64,000 bases of DNA from Rhodosorus marinus CCMP1338 (lineage: Eukaryota > Plantae > Rhodophyta): NCBI GenBank assembly GCA_029953675.1, contig JAMWBK010000005.1, forward strand, positions 3,038,001-3,102,000, read 5' to 3'. Shown piece after piece: positions 1 through 13,845 of the stretch. The notes below the pieces were generated by a model. The model ran no database searches and was not told where the DNA came from. It saw only the letters and a program-made list of their open reading frames with translations. The first letter of the stretch is position 1, and every line of letters starts with the position of its first letter. Made by a program: the position numbers and the translations under genes.

Positions 1-609
1 TCTCACGTAGGGATCAATCGAAGTCGAAATTTGGAAATCGTTGCACTAGGACCTTTGTCTTCTATGGCGTTACTTGGCAAGAGCAGTTTGCTCTGGTCAG
101 CACGGTGGCAAATTGATCCAGTTCAACGGACGAGTCTACAGCTGAACGAAATTCGTCAATTGCAGATCTGACAAAGGCACAGTCCGGCCGAAAAGCGAGC
201 GCTCATCTCCTCGACGCCTTAGCTGAGATCCGTTAGTCTCCTCCAGGGTAGAGCATAGGGGCTATGGTACTAGACTTGAACGAACTGCTTGCGCGTATTC
301 CGATTCTTTCAACTGACGCGAACCTGCAACCGATCAGCGACCCTCAGCGCACTGCTGAATGTTCAAATCGGACATTCAACTTTCCATCGGAGGAGAGATG
401 ATCAGACTTGAATCGTTCAAGAAGTCTTAATACAAAGAGCTGAGAATAAAAAATCGTTTGCTCGTTGACTCCTTCGCAGAGGAATCCACGTGCCCGTCTT
501 CTTCGAGCAGAGATCGTCTTCTTCTACGTGAGTTGAGAGCCTTGTAGGGGTTGCGGAAGGGCTTGGAGGACCGGAAGGTTGGTGTGGAAGCTATTTCGGA
601 TTACGAAGT

Positions 610-798
610 ATGGCGAAAGGAGGAAGTAGGAAGGTAAAGTCAGTACTCATTAAGCTTCTCAGTGAAGCTGGGACTGGGTACTTCTACATGCGACGAAAGA
701 ACCCGAAGAATCTGCCGCACAAGCTACAGCTTATGAAGCTTGACCCGATTGTTGGTAGGCACGTGCTGTTTACGGAGACTAAGTTTAAGAGGAGGTGA
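610..798 (+). CDS. rpl33: Mitochondrial (bacterial-type) ribosomal protein L33
   Basis: Single-exon 62-aa ORF with ATG. 'IKLLSEAGTGYFY...KN...KL.LMKLDPIVGRHVLFTE.K' matches the bL33 consensus. Confidence 0.92.
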   Translation: MAKGGSRKVKSVLIKLLSEAGTGYFYMRRKNPKNLPHKLQLMKLDPIVGRHVLFTETKFKRR

Positions 799-1717
799 AG
801 ATACGAAGTCACTAGAAGCGATGGTTTGTGGCGTTCGTTGGAGTACGACCCTTAGCCAGAGCATGCGCGAACCACCAACCTCGCGGGGGACAGCCATAAT
901 CGCTCTTAATCGCTCAGTCGTGATGGTGTGCATTCGCTAGCGCTAGCCGCGGGTGACTCGCAAATTCGAATCGACACAACTGCTAGATACTTGTTTGTCA
1001 TGAAATGTATGAAACTAAAGTTTGGAAAACCTTTGCAGAACTGTAGAATGCTTGTCCCGCTCGCGGGCTTTGCTAGTTGCTTGCAAGAGCACGGCGGCGG
1101 TCGTGGTGGTGGTGCCAGTTCTCATTCTAGTCACGAGCTGAAAGTAATGCTTAAGATGGATATATCGCACAAAGCAAGAGCCCTTCTCCTGCTAGGACCG
1201 GGAAACTTTCAGTAGTACACACCCTTGCCGTAGCTCAATCCTAAATTTTCGCCCAAAGTGCATCAGAAAAGCGATTAACAGAGACTTACCAAACTACTCG
1301 CGGATAATTTCGACCTCTCAATCCATCACAGTCTTGTACAGTCTCCTCAGGCATAACCCGAACCCGTGCAGCACTATGATTCCTTGCCTCGATGTCCCAA
1401 AATCATCCAGATGCAGAGTAACGCATAAAGTATGTAAATATCGAATATAATAAACGAAGTAGGTGTATTTGCATAAAAAACAATTACTCATATTTCCTTT
1501 TCTTTTGCTACTATAAGCCTATTTAGTTTCTTAATATATATCTTATTTATATTGAATACAAATAAATAATATCGATAAAGGTTTGGGACATTGCTACTGT
1601 GTCCCAAAGTTCACGCTCGGTGCTGTCTTAGTGCTTTTTATTAGCACGGTTTGTGTGCTTGGAATGGTTTGGGGATGGGGCGGTTGGTGGTGAAGCAGTT
1701 CGACTTACGAAGACAAT

Positions 1718-2627
1718 ATGGATATTTTATCTGAATCAGGACAGCCAGTGAAGCTAGCTGAAGGTAGATGGGTAATGATTCCGACTGTATCTGTTGGTAA
1801 TGTTCCTCAGCTGGCGGTTGATTTATTGGTGAACACTTGGGGGGATTCCTTGGTGGGGCACGTGATGGATCCGAACATGGTTCCGGTCTGTGGGAATGGT
1901 GGTCCTGGATTTTCGATTTCAACTGGCTGTGAGATGTTCGATTTAGGAGGGAAAGGATACGCTTTGCTTCCCCGAGCGCCACCGGCGCCTGGGAGAGCGG
2001 CTGCTGCTGCGAAGGAACTGGCGGATTTGATTCAGTCTCACGGCGTTGAAGAGATCTTCCTCCTGGCCTCTTCCTATGCTGGAGGACGACGTGATGCTCA
2101 GCTGGGAGATTCATCTAGGCTGAGGTATATGGTGACCACTCCCGCTCTGAAACTCTCGGAGAGGCTGCGATCAAGGGGAATTCCCGTAATGGAAGGAGGC
2201 GGAGACAAGGGCTGGGTTGAAGACCTCGAGCAGATTGAAAAGGATATGAACGATGGAACCTCTGGAGCACCAGCGTTCATAGCGAGTCAAAGAAGGTAGC
2301 TTAGTGCACATCCCTGGACTTCCCATATGGGCCATTACAGCAGCTTCTTACGCCATAGTCCGTCCTTTTTATTTTTTTCCTGGTGTGAATGCTGCTAGGT
2401 CAAGTTTCTTAAGGAGATTGCTGGAAGAATGTGATGCACGAGGTATTGCCCTATGCGTACTGCTCATGTTCGTATTCGAAGGAGACAACTCTGCGGACGC
2501 CGCGGAAATGGCGGGCGTTGCATCTGAAATTACTGGGCTTTCCACTGCCGGGGAGGAGCTGGAGTGGAAGATTCCGAGCTCATGGCAGAAGAATCTTGGG
2601 GGTCCACCAGAATCCATGCTCTATTGA
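1718..2627 (+). CDS. PSMG2: Proteasome assembly chaperone 2 (PAC2/PSMG2 family)
   Basis: Exons 1718-2295 and 2399-2627, with a phase-2 GT-AG intron. Motifs 'PTVSVGNVPQLAVDLL', 'FVFEGDNSADA' and 'WKIPSSW' are typical of PAC2. Confidence 0.88.
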
Positions 2628-3042
2628 ACGAATCACGCATGTGCTTCAAAGCATGCGCAGGGAGCGCGAAAGTTTGCGGAACAGATCTGCTTCCGAATCC
2701 AAGCATCATTCACAACAAACAATTGCAAAGCAATTTCTCAATTCCGCAGGAGTCTATTCAATCTGAAAATTTAGTCAGCAACCACTAGAATATAGTTTCC
2801 TTATCTTGTATGTCATCAGATTCGGTCGCATCGCTTGAAACGAGTACCTGCGTGTAACGGCAAATTTCTGATTCTGATGCTGCTGAGCAGAACATCACAA
2901 TACTGACAAGTTCCAGTCGGCAATGGATGCCTCGGTACTTTGTTTCTCGATCTTCAGACGCGTCTGACTCGTTTTAAGTCTAGCTCATGCAATCACATTT
3001 TACTGCAGTTGAGAAAGGCCTTTCGGGGGGATGAGGTTCATT

Positions 3043-3207
3043 TCAGAAATGCCGGCCCATAAGGGTTTCCGCAAATGTTAGAGTTCGCAGTAGTCGCCGT
3101 AGCCGCGCTCTGATTAAACTGATTTTGTTTTTCATACCTTGGAATAGATTATACAACGAGTCAAGCTCATCAGCTTGAACAGAGCCAAGCTGAACATAGG
3201 TAGCCAT
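3043..3207 (-). CDS. Possible short spliced orphan ORF (first exon MATYVQLGSVQADELDSLYNLFQ); downstream exons unresolved
   Basis: ATG at 3207 and a GTATGA donor at 3137. It lies divergent from the calcineurin B gene. No family recognised. Confidence 0.2.
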   Translation of the reverse strand: MATYVQLGSVQADELDSLYNLFQGMKNKISLIRARLRRLLRTLTFAETLMGRHF

Positions 3208-3480
3208 GCCGAAGCACGAGTTAAGAAAAGTACTATATTGTACTATTAGTGTACTATACAGTGTTAGCCCAATTCTAAGCGAAAAATTTCTCATCCGATG
3301 TTGATGGTACATATAGTAGTGGTTAGTATATTGTACTAAGATGTGGTATAGGTTGAGAATAAGTTGTCATTGTTTCTCGCGGCAGGAGTCCAGTTGGGAT
3401 GGTGAGGGAGACTGCGGAATAGATGTATGCTGACTAAATAACGTTGAGATTATTGTATTTTGTTTCATATCGGTTGAAAC

Positions 3481-4474
3481 ATGGGAGCCAATACCTCTTC
3501 ATTGCTGTCTGAGGAGATTGAGGAGATTGCACGTGAATCGAACTTATCCGCGAGGGATATTAAGAGTTTATATAAGAGGTTTCAGAAGCTTGACCGCTCC
3601 AAGTCTGGCGTTCTTTCGGTTAGCAATACACCTGTTTTTTTTGTTTTTTACATCTGTTGTTTAAGGTTTTGAGGAGTTTTCGTTTTGGGTATTGTGGTCG
3701 TTTACTAGCGCATCTAAGACTTGATCTGTGTTCCTTTGTGTTGTACTTTCGTTTTGATCCTGACCTGCTCGGATGGTTAAAAGGCGGATGATTTGACGAT
3801 GATACCAGAGCTAGCGATGAATCCTCTAGTTCCTCGAGTCACAGCGTTGCTTCACAATACAAATTTTCGGTGCGGATTGGTTTCTAAAGTCACACCCCTC
3901 TAGCGACCCAGTTGTGATGTCAGTTTGCTAACGGACGGAATGATTCTTGCGCTCTTTTCCGCTGTCTTTGCAGACAATTTGTTAACTTCTTGGGAGTTCT
4001 TAGCCCGAACGCGCAAAAATCTGCCAAGATTGACTTTGCTTATCGGATTTACGATGTAGACGGAGATGGTGTTATAAACGCCTCGGACCTTCAAACGATA
4101 CTGAGAATGATGGTTGGAGATAACCTTAAAGATGAAACGTTGGATGAGGTACGTGGATTCACTCCCGAACAAGTTCAGTTCAAGTCTTAGCTCGAATGCT
4201 ACATGAGTACTCTTCGCCTGACCAGTCCATCGCTTTCACATATCAAAGATCACGGAGATGATAATATCAAATGCAGATCTAGACGGCGACAAAGTTATTA
4301 ACCGATCAGAATTTGAAACAGTAAGATAACTGACGACGACGACCTTAAAGCTTCCTCGCCTGTCACAACCGGTGATCTGTCGACCAAAGTACTCATCTGA
4401 CAGTCGAGTTATACCCTTTCTAGGCACTCAATACTGAGGACGTTGTGAACTTGATGACAGTTTCCACGTTCTAA
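3481..4474 (+). CDS. CNB: Calcineurin B-type EF-hand regulatory subunit
   Basis: Five exons: 3481-3618, 3784-3869, 3974-4148, 4249-4320, 4424-4474. N-myristoylation start MGANTS. Motifs 'LYKRFQKLD', 'IPELAMNPL', EF-hands 'DVDGDGVIN' and 'DLDGDKVIN'. Ends ALNTEDVVNLMTVSTF*. Confidence 0.88.
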
Positions 4475-4723
4475 GCTTGGTCAACGTCATCACCGTTGCT
4501 GTGTGTTCACAGCACACTGTATGTATACCTCCGAGCTAGGCTCGGGGACACACCTCCAAGAGGATGAAAATCTGGTTTAGACATTTCTGGATAATTTTCA
4601 TATTAATCTGTGAAGCACGCGTTAGTAAGTTTGCCAAATGGTGCCAAAACACGCGGAAATACCTTCAAAGGAACTTGCATCGACGTACTTCCCACATCAT
4701 TCAAAAAAAGAGGAAGAAAAAGA

Positions 4724-6420
4724 TCAAAACTGTAATTGTCTCGAAGTCTTTTCCACGAGGATCTCCAGGCCCACTTCCTGCAGCATATTTTGCTCAATGT
4801 TCTGAGTTGCAGTCAGCTCAATGCAAATGTTGCGCGCCCCGGCGTTTCTTCGAACAATCTCTTTGATGGTTTTTGCGGACCATTGAGCTAGCTGGCGATC
4901 GTCACCAGCCAGAATCTCCAGCAGCTTTTTACCCGTGTCCCGATCGATCTTGATATCCAGAGCTTCAGCAAGGTTCATCTTTCCCAACGCCGACGCAAGG
5001 CGTAGTATCGCTCCCAGCAGCGGCCCATCGGCTGACGTTCTTAGTAAGTATAGGAGGGAAGGCAACGTATTTCCTCTCAAGTTGGAAATGATGGATTCCG
5101 GGTTAGCCACGGCCAATCCAGACTCGAACAGCAGAGACAGAGCAGTAAGAGCCGCAAGCGAGATAGAGCGATCGCCGACGAAGCGAGTTATAATATCAAC
5201 CATGCCTTCAATTGCTGACTCGTGCACGATTGACGACCAAGCAACACCGCCTCGTCCATCCTGGTTCGCTATCTGGTGCACAGCGCTCTCAGTAGCCTGC
5301 AATAGGGTTGTCTGGTGAAGGAGCAGCAAAGAGTTGAAATTCCGAGGATAAAGTAAGACCATTTGAAGGAACGGAATGATCTGAGCTTTGGGGATTGCCT
5401 ACTGCTTCGTTCAGACCCTTGCTTCTGCTTAAAGTCGCATCGAACAGGCTCAGAATGTTACCTGCACCTAAAGCTAGTCGGCAGATAGTGACTATCCATT
5501 GGGCCTTCTCATCATCACCTTCCTCGCTCGCCTTTCTCTTTGAGGATCCTTTCCTACCCTTTCGACTGTGAGAAACGGTCTTGTCCCAGCGATGGATTAC
5601 CTGAAGCGGTTTGCAGCATGTTCTTTTTCAGCAAAGGAGCGAACAACAGTTCAGGCGCAACGAAGATTCAGGGAACTTGCCGCACGTCAACCATAAGGGC
5701 TGGATCGCAAGCAATACAATTGTGCACGAGAGCCGCTGACGCAGCGAACACATTGTCGTCCATGGTCTTCAGCAATTCCTCCATGAGCGTTGGAAACGCA
5801 ATCTTCCACAGTTTCTTTGAAGTCGCCAAGTTCGACTGTTCCGTTCACAACGGCAGTGGAGAATCCATCACGGCGAACAGGAGCAGAGTGCGAACCTTTC
5901 AGAAACGTGCGGGCGGTAGAAAGTTCTGCGTGTTGCTTCGCTCGACGACGATGAGCATACTTACAGTAGTAAAATTACATAGAAACTGAACAGAGTAGAG
6001 GATGAACTCTCTTCGAAGCTTCAAGTTCATCGTCTTAATCCGCCTACTAGGGGCGTCCAATTCATGGGTAGTTTCTAGAGTGTCTATGTTCAGTACGTGG
6101 TTTAGCGACTTCACCACCTCCTCGTGCGCATTGAATTTTAAGCATTTCTGTTGATTCTTATCTCGCTTGGCGCAAGAATTTCGCAGGATCCGTAGCGTCT
6201 GAATCGTTGTAACGCTCAGGTACATCGACTCGTCTCTTAACGGCGATATCAAGCTTTCCACCAGCTGGTTGTTAGTCCCGAACTCATCGAGGTAGTGTTT
6301 CTTCTTCGAGTGCTCCAATATCGTATTCAGTAGGTGCTCCTTGCTCCTAGAATCAGCGTGCCCTCTGCTCAGCTCGTGATCCTCCGTCACACTTCGAATC
6401 GCTTCTTTATACTTCTCCAT
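4724..6420 (-). CDS. ATXN10: Ataxin-10-like (ARM-repeat) protein; internal exon boundaries approximate
   Basis: N-terminal ORF 6420-5899 contains 'LRILRNSCA..NQ' and 'VQFLCNF'. A middle exon contains 'AALVHNCI'. C-terminal ORF 5362-4724 contains 'QLAQWSAKTIKEI...MLQEVGLEI', resembling the ataxin-10 C-terminal domain. Confidence 0.65.
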
Positions 6421-6977
6421 GTCAGTCCTCTATTCCTCACTCATCAAAATACAAAGTTTCACAAGAAGTCCTCTCAGATCCTCTCAAATACCTAACAGAT
6501 TTCATTCACGAAAAGTACCCAACTGTCTCCAAAACTCTTCCGGGCTGCCTTCAACTCCAATCCACTCTCAACCGAACTGTCAAAAGTCCAGCACCAAAGT
6601 CCAGATCTCCAAGCCAATCCCGAATCCGCTTTTGAGACAATCAATCAACATTATTTTATTATAGAAATAATCGGTTTCGTTAGTCATTATTAAACGAATA
6701 ACATATGTTCCCGGTTAGAATTCAGTTCTATAGGCAGTTGAGAATTGGACACGCGTCATATGTTCGTATCTCAACGGGTATTGACTGATTCATTGGAAGA
6801 ACGATTGGTTTCGGTGAAATTATTACGAAAAAGATCATTCTGGCGGGGATTTCGTGCAGGACTAGGGATCCGCTTCCTCGTCCAATTGTGTTAGAGCTTC
6901 TGCACAACTTCGACTTCTTCGATCGATCCGTTTATTCAGCTGCGCACATGTCAGCGGCCGTCTCAGAATTTTGAAGC

Positions 6978-7400
6978 ATGGTCTGCTGGAATTTGTATGA
7001 CTCCGGATGGGCTAGGACGAATGACAAGCCCCCAGTGAATACTCTGATGGGCAATTGGCCAGATGGCCTGCCCTTTCATTTCACTTCCCACTGGCTAGCT
7101 GGGAGATCGGGTCGACCGTCGAGGCCCGGAGGCAACGGGGAGCACCCTGAAGAAGCGCGAGACCAATGCCGCCCTTCCTGTTCATGATCAGTTGTTAGTG
7201 GCTTTGTCGAAGGAACAGCGGGTATTTGCTACCAGATCAATGCCGCAGGATCTGCCAAAGAACTTGGTTGAGTACCTCTAGTACTTCTGGATGGCAGCCC
7301 TAGGCTAACTGTCGCGAGAGCAAATGGGAGGGGTGTTTTAAAGGGCAGTTACGTCCCAGGCACTCACAATCCAAATCAACGGTTATTCGGGGCAGATTAA
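6978..7400 (+). pseudogene. Possible decayed orphan gene: ATG-initiated frame that still looks coding across two in-frame TGA codons
   Basis: ORF 6978-7187 continues in the same frame as SVVSGFVEGTAGICYQINAAGSAKELG*VPLVLLDGSPRL...FGAD*. No family recognised. Confidence 0.15.
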
Positions 7401-8209
7401 CGATCGCTACATGGCCTACCTCGACCTGTTGCGGCTCCCACCTCACAGACCTTCACCACCATCGCCTAGGACTCTACATTACCGAGCACCCTAAAACGAA
7501 TTATTGAACAACTATTTTTATTTCCTCAAATTGAATAAATTCGTTTTAGACTGAAAATCAAGCGTTTTCATCGTAACGATTGAACACTCAGAAAATGCAT
7601 TGTTTAGCTGCGCTCAAACCTATCCGACATGCCTGAGCCCTTGGCAAGTTTCCTCTTGAGCTAATCACCGTGTTTGTCTAAAGGTCCTAGGACAAGCCAA
7701 AGAAAAGATCAGGCGCTCTGCTAAGACCCGCCACAGCTCCGTTGTGCTTAATCAGCTTTTCTCATCTCCAATGCAAAGCGGGGTTCACAACCATGTGCTC
7801 TTAAAAGCTCTGTATCTGCCTCGACCTGATCGGTCTAGTAGCACCAACAGAAACTCCAGATTGTTTGTTTTTCTCAAATAAAATCAATGAGTCATTGGAT
7901 CGATTGGAATTATGCGGATGAGGTTGGCTTTTCTTTTTGGGTTGTTGAGATCGAAAGCAGTTTCGTGTGAGTGTGCGATTTTCCTGTTTTGCTTTGAAAT
8001 TATGACGGCTTTGTTTCAGTGGTGTGGAATTGTGAAGAGTGCGAATCGAAGGTTTGGGAATGGTGGTGGGATTTGAGTGACGGGGTGAGGAGCGCCGGGG
8101 GGGAGGGGAGGGATCGGTATGTTTGGAGTAGGTATTGGAAGTTTTGTTGTTCGGTTTGGGAAGAAGTATTGGTGATTTCTACTCTCAAGGGTTTATAAAC
8201 GTTTAAGAA

Positions 8210-9028
8210 ATGGAGGCGTTTGTGGGTGGGAGTGGCTTGGTTCAGTCGAAGAACTGCGTTGATCGCCGCGGCGTTTCGGAGTTGAGGATGGTGAGTTGGT
8301 GGTATTGTTTTTAGATTCTCATTTTTTTATCCGAAACAAGTGATTTAGAGCGTACATCTCAACTGTGCTCTCCTCTTTTTTTTGGTCTATTTGTGTCTTT
8401 GTCCTTGTCCCCGCGGTTCGGCGGACCGTAGTCAGCAAGCAGGAGGGACTTTTTGTTTTCGATCACTGGCGTTGCCCTTGTGAATGGACTGCCAAAGGAG
8501 GCTAGTGCCAATGTGAATCTTATGGCAGCCAAACGGTCTTACTTTAGATACGTGCCGAGAATTGAGGAGGGCATCAATTACTATATGTTGCAGCTTTACC
8601 CCGCCGTGAATGATGGAGACTGGGACAAGGTGTCGCAAGCCTTTGCGAAAACATCGGTTGCGCGTGCGGGGTCTGAGAAAGCTTTGAACGATATTGATCC
8701 CAAGAGCACTATTCTCGAGAGGGAATTTTTGGTCCCGATGAGAACGTGGAGTAACTCGTTCGCTGAAAAGGGAACAAGCCCGAAATCTCGGGCTATGCTT
8801 GTGAAGGTAGACGCGTTTGAGAAGGAAATGGAAAAATTGAAGAAAGCAACGAAGAGTCAAAACCAGGCGGATGCGTCAGCCTCCTGGGAACTCGGTAGGA
8901 CTGTGCTCAACGAGTACATAGACATCGCTAATAAGGGACTCTCCCGAGAACTTCGAAAGCTGGAAAATCTCCCAGAAGATCCGCGCAGTTTCCAAGCATT
9001 AGTGAAGCGACCTGATACAACATTCTAA
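8210..9028 (+). CDS. Thylakoid-lumen (Tat-targeted) protein, probable PsbQ-like helical bundle
   Basis: Exons 8210-8290 (MEAFVGG... transit peptide) and 8432-9028. Twin-Arg 'SRRDFLF', a hydrophobic stretch, and 'ASA' cleavage site. The mature part is helical, with 'V..GDW..V' and a C-terminal 'A.W......LNEY'. Confidence 0.7.
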
Positions 9029-10482
9029 TCAACCGCAAAAGAAAAAGCAATTGTTTCCGCACCTCAGCAACCAAAAAAGAGTCTACTGCATCGTTGCCAG
9101 AGTTGGTCATCTATGGCGATTCCTGAGGAACAAAGAATCAGCTTTCCTCTTCGCAAGAAATGGGACGCCGACCAGCAAGCAAGTTGCCAGCATCCAGGTA
9201 TCAATCCGGCCAGGGATCCGAACACAAACATTGCCGCATATTCCCTCAATCCTGCTGAGGGATTAAACGTCACTGCATCCTTACTGCTTAAAGACATGCA
9301 TCTAATTAATGGGCTACCAAAAACCAGGAGGACTCGCCAACAAGCGACCCCAACAGACCTCCGTCACCGATGCTTCCAATCCTTCGCTTGATCCACGCGG
9401 ATCCAATGTTACGAGTGCTACTGTTAGGCGTACCAAAAAAGACAATAACATATCCTAAAATGCTTTACAAAATATCCATCATTCCTTTTTCTGTACGCTG
9501 GGATAACCTATAAAAGGAAACACAACCTTTCCCCTACAATCTTCAGCTTCACGCCCCAATGAGGCCGACAGTCTTCGCTCCTCCTTCCTTGACTTCAACT
9601 GTCCAGCTCAGACTGACGCGGATATTTCTATCACGCCATACCACTCCAGTGAGAAAAAGTCAGGTTGGTCGCTGATCAGCAACCCCAGACACTGTTCCCA
9701 ACCCACACACCACCTCGTCCTTAATCTAGATCAAAACTCTAGCTGTAGTCTCTAAATCCACCGAAACGGTTGCTTACGGCAAGAAGAATACGATATCGAC
9801 TACACCGTGTAACTTCTGGGACTGCTTTGATCCTATACCCAAATATAGTACAAAATCTAGAGCTTTCATACCTCCTAAAGGTAATAAAATAGTCGACTCT
9901 ATCAAATAATTCATATTTTGAATTATTATTATAAAGGAGAAATTTAGTAGATATTTTAATATAGAGGCGTTGGTGCTTAGGCCTGTATTGTATATTAGTG
10001 ATTGTACGGATGGGAAATTTCGTTAGGAAGTTTCGAGATTGGAATCTTCGGATTGGTATTTAACGAGGGGATGATGGGGTGGATGAGTTGCGGGGTCGCT
10101 GGAATGGATCTTACTGTAGTAGCATTGTTGATTCCTTATCTGTTTGGTTTGGTGGACAGAGAGAGGAGGGGACTGCTAATAAATCGATTCATTTTTTTGT
10201 TTGTTTGTTCTTCTGGGTGAGATGTCTTCTTGTTTTGTTGGAGGGTGCGCACTGGAGAGTGTCGTCCACTCCACTGCGACGAGGACATGTAAGGCACACA
10301 TGATCTCTCGGTTTTATCCGAAGAGCGCGAGAACGTTCGGTGATCGCGCTTCGTACAAGCAGAGATCTGTGAGCAGGAGGTAGGCTCTTGGCTGAATTGA
10401 TATCGCTCGGCTGGACGGCTAGATCTCATGCCGCTGGAATGTTTTTCTATGACCTGAATGAAATTAAAGAAGTGCAACTACG

Positions 10483-12352
10483 ATGAGCGGTCAGAATGGA
10501 AACTACGAGTATGACCTATTCGTTATCGGGGCTGGGTCGGGTGGAGTACGGGCGAGCCGGATTGCTGCTACCCATGGTGCGAAAGTTGCCGTCGCTGAGG
10601 AGTCCAAGTACGGGGGTACTTGCGTTAATGTCGGATGTGTGCCGAAGAAGCTGTTTGTATATGGATCGCATTACCCCGAGTATCTTGAGGAAGCCAAAGC
10701 CTTTGGGTGGGACATGTCGGTTCAGAACCTGGATTGGCCAAGGCTTGTCGAAAACAAGAACAAGGTACGAATCTCGTCCAAGAAGCTGCCCCAGTTGCGT
10801 GGTCCGACTCTGAGTAACTCGCGTGCGATAGGAAATTTCACGATTGAACGGAATTTACGGCAATATTCTTGGCCGCGCCGGCGTCGAGATCATCGATGGC
10901 ACTGCCACTTTGAAGGACGAACACACAGTCGCAGTAGGGGACAAGACGTACAGCGCTGAAACTATTCTCGTCGCAACTGGAGGCTGGCCCAAGGTCCCAG
11001 ACTTCCAAGGGCGAGAGCATGTCATAACTTCGAACGAAGTATTTTTCCTGCCCGATGTTCCGAAGCGGTTCCTCATCGTCGGAGGGGGTTACATTGCGGT
11101 AAGCTCGCTCCCAAGACACACAAGTAGGAGCACGGGTGTATCCTGTGATTGCTCAAGGACATGTTGCGTCGTTTATTTCCATAGGTCGAGTTTGCAAACG
11201 TGTTCCACGGCTATGGATCCAAAGTAACGCAGCTGTACAGAGGAGATCTATTCCTGAGGGGCTTCGATGGAGACGTGCGGATGAGCCTTCGCGATCAGAT
11301 GATAGGAAGAGGAATTGATGTCAAATTCAATACCGACGTTGAGAAGATCGAAAAGGAGGATGACGGAACCCTCAAAGTAACTCTTAGGGACGGTGGCATC
11401 CTCGAAGTTGACCAGGTGCGCAAAATGAGATCGTAGGCTGGGCAGGATCAAGGTTCACTCACGGGTTGGTCTCTTTCGAATGCTCTAGGTTATGTATGCA
11501 ACTGGAAGAGCCCCGAAAAGCCGTGGTATTGGTCTCGAGGAAGTAGGCGTCGAGCTCGGAGCGAGTAAGTTTTGGCCGTACTCAATCCCAAGCATCCAAT
11601 CGTACCAGAATTGGCATTTACAGCTATTCATGCTGGTCTTCCACGAGGCTTAAAACTAATCACTTCACCTTATCTTACAGACGGTCAAATCAAGGTTGAC
11701 GAGTGGGGCAAGACGAACATCCCTAACATTTACGCCATTGGTGATGTTACTGATCGTATTCAACTGACTCCGGTCGCGTTAGCAGAGGGCCATTGCTTCG
11801 CGGATACGCTCTATGGGAATAAGCCAAGAAACGTGAACTATGAGTACATACCAACAGCGGTTTTCTCCAATCCGGTGATCGGGACTTGCGGCCTGACCGA
11901 GGAGGAGGCAAGAGAGAAGTACAAGGAGGTTGATATTTACAAAGCTGACTTCAAACCGATGAAGCATACTCTCACTGGAATGGGGGAGAGAACTTTCATG
12001 AAGCTGATCGTGGAGAGGGAGACCCAGAAAGTAGTCGGTTGTCACATCCTGGAACCAGCCGCGGGAGAAATCATTCAACTCGTTGGAGTTGCCATGAAAG
12101 CTGGAGCCACAAAGCAGAACTTTGACGAAACGATCGGCGTGCATCCGACTGCCGCTGAGGAAATGGTGAGAAGAATTGGCCAAAATAGCTACCTGCAAAG
12201 GATTTACTGTCCGTGGGTTGCGCTACCACTCTTGCTTCCCATTTCGCCTGCTCAACGAATTGAGTGCATGATTTTCTTGCCTCTCACAGGTGACAATGCG
12301 AACTAAAGAGCCGGAACCTGCAGTCGCCGAGGCCGCTGCAGTTTCAAATTGA
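10483..12352 (+). CDS. GR: Glutathione reductase
   Basis: Six exons: 10483-10764, 10832-11098, 11185-11415, 11489-11564, 11681-12165, 12290-12352. FAD motif GAGSGG, redox-active [15 protein letters not shown] motif GGGYIA, and C-terminal VHPTAAEE. Confidence 0.96.
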
Positions 12353-13845
12353 CCATGGTTTACTCAGGTGGAAAATGTAAGCATGGTTTGCAATTGCAGC
12401 AGCCCAGCTATATGAGTAAATAACATGACCAGACGACTGGCCAAAGCTCTTATTTTGGACCTTCCGCCGTCTACTCAAGTGAAAGGTTCCGCAGGCTTCA
12501 TTCAGCGGCGAAGAAACTTCTACATCATCTCACACTGAAACATGGCTATGGACAAAGTCGCGGTTGACTACTTACAGCATTGCGTGCCTGACACCTGCAA
12601 GTCTGAATTTGAATCAAGGTTCGGGATTCTTTTCTCCTCGTTGGGGTCACAGACTCGGTGGATGACCATACAAGAAACCCAAAGTGGACAAGAGGTTAAT
12701 CAAAGTATAGTCTGTCAACGAGCATCCTCCGTTCATTAAGCACAACAGCACCGACGATGTTTCCGCAGGTCGCTTCTGGAATCGTTTAGCTTGCAGCTTT
12801 ATAGGGGGTTGGAGCTCATGAAATTCTGGAAATACCCGACACCAGTACTTCATTAAGCTGTGCTGCGTGCCAAGGTGTGAAAGCGTTCTTCGGCAAACCT
12901 CTTCCTCGTCACCATCAACGCACACCACCAATGGCCAGTTGTTCCAACGAGTCCTATACCCTCGCATATATTCCCAACCCCTCGACTAATTCTGAAAATA
13001 AAAGTGAATCTGATCAAAATGTACACTCGGTACTCCCCGTAATGGATCTTCCCAAATGCAAAACAGTAAATAATACTACAAATTTTAATAATAGATTCCA
13101 TCGGTCCTACTTTCAAGGGGTATATCGCTTAGTACGTCGAGGAAATCTGAATTCCTTCAATTACCCCCCTTGCATGATGCCGAAAAGCTCAGCCCGTGTT
13201 TTTTTTAGTTTTCCACTGGCCACGGAAATTGTATCATTAGCTTAGTAACCTGGAAAGGGGGCGCTGACAGGTAACTCCTAGCACGCTGATGATCATTTTT
13301 CTTTATGTATTGAAAACGGCTGTTCTGGTGGAAAGAGTTTGCGGGAAGTGGTTTGGGGATGTTGAGAGGGATAGGTTTAGACTTGCTTTTGTGGGTGGGG
13401 GGGGGAGGGTTGGGGGGAGAAGTGAATAGATATCGGTTAAGTTAAGAGTCTTGAAGTTGCTTAAGGTGTTCCTGATCTTTGGAGGTCTTCTCAGTGAAGA
13501 GTTTTGGCTCTTGTGGGGGGCTTCAGCACGTGTGGGTCAACGCTCCGGGGTCGGGCGGGTGTGGGAGCTCCGCGCTGTAGAGAAGATGGTTTTGTAGGAG
13601 AGTGTAGGTTGGAAGGTTTTGTTGGTGATTGTTGGGTTTTGGCTTGGCTTGTTCTGAGGCGGGTATTTGGCTGTGTTGAAAGTCACCTTTTGGTTGGAGG
13701 TTCGTCCCAGAAGCTGTGGCGCGCGGGAGGTAGCCTTAGTCGAGTGCTTGGAAACGCGTGCATTAGGTCAAATATCCTGCTTGTGCTCTCTACTTTTTGA
13801 TTCACTAGACGCCTGCCTCATAGTGGGCGGGCGGAAAACTTCACG

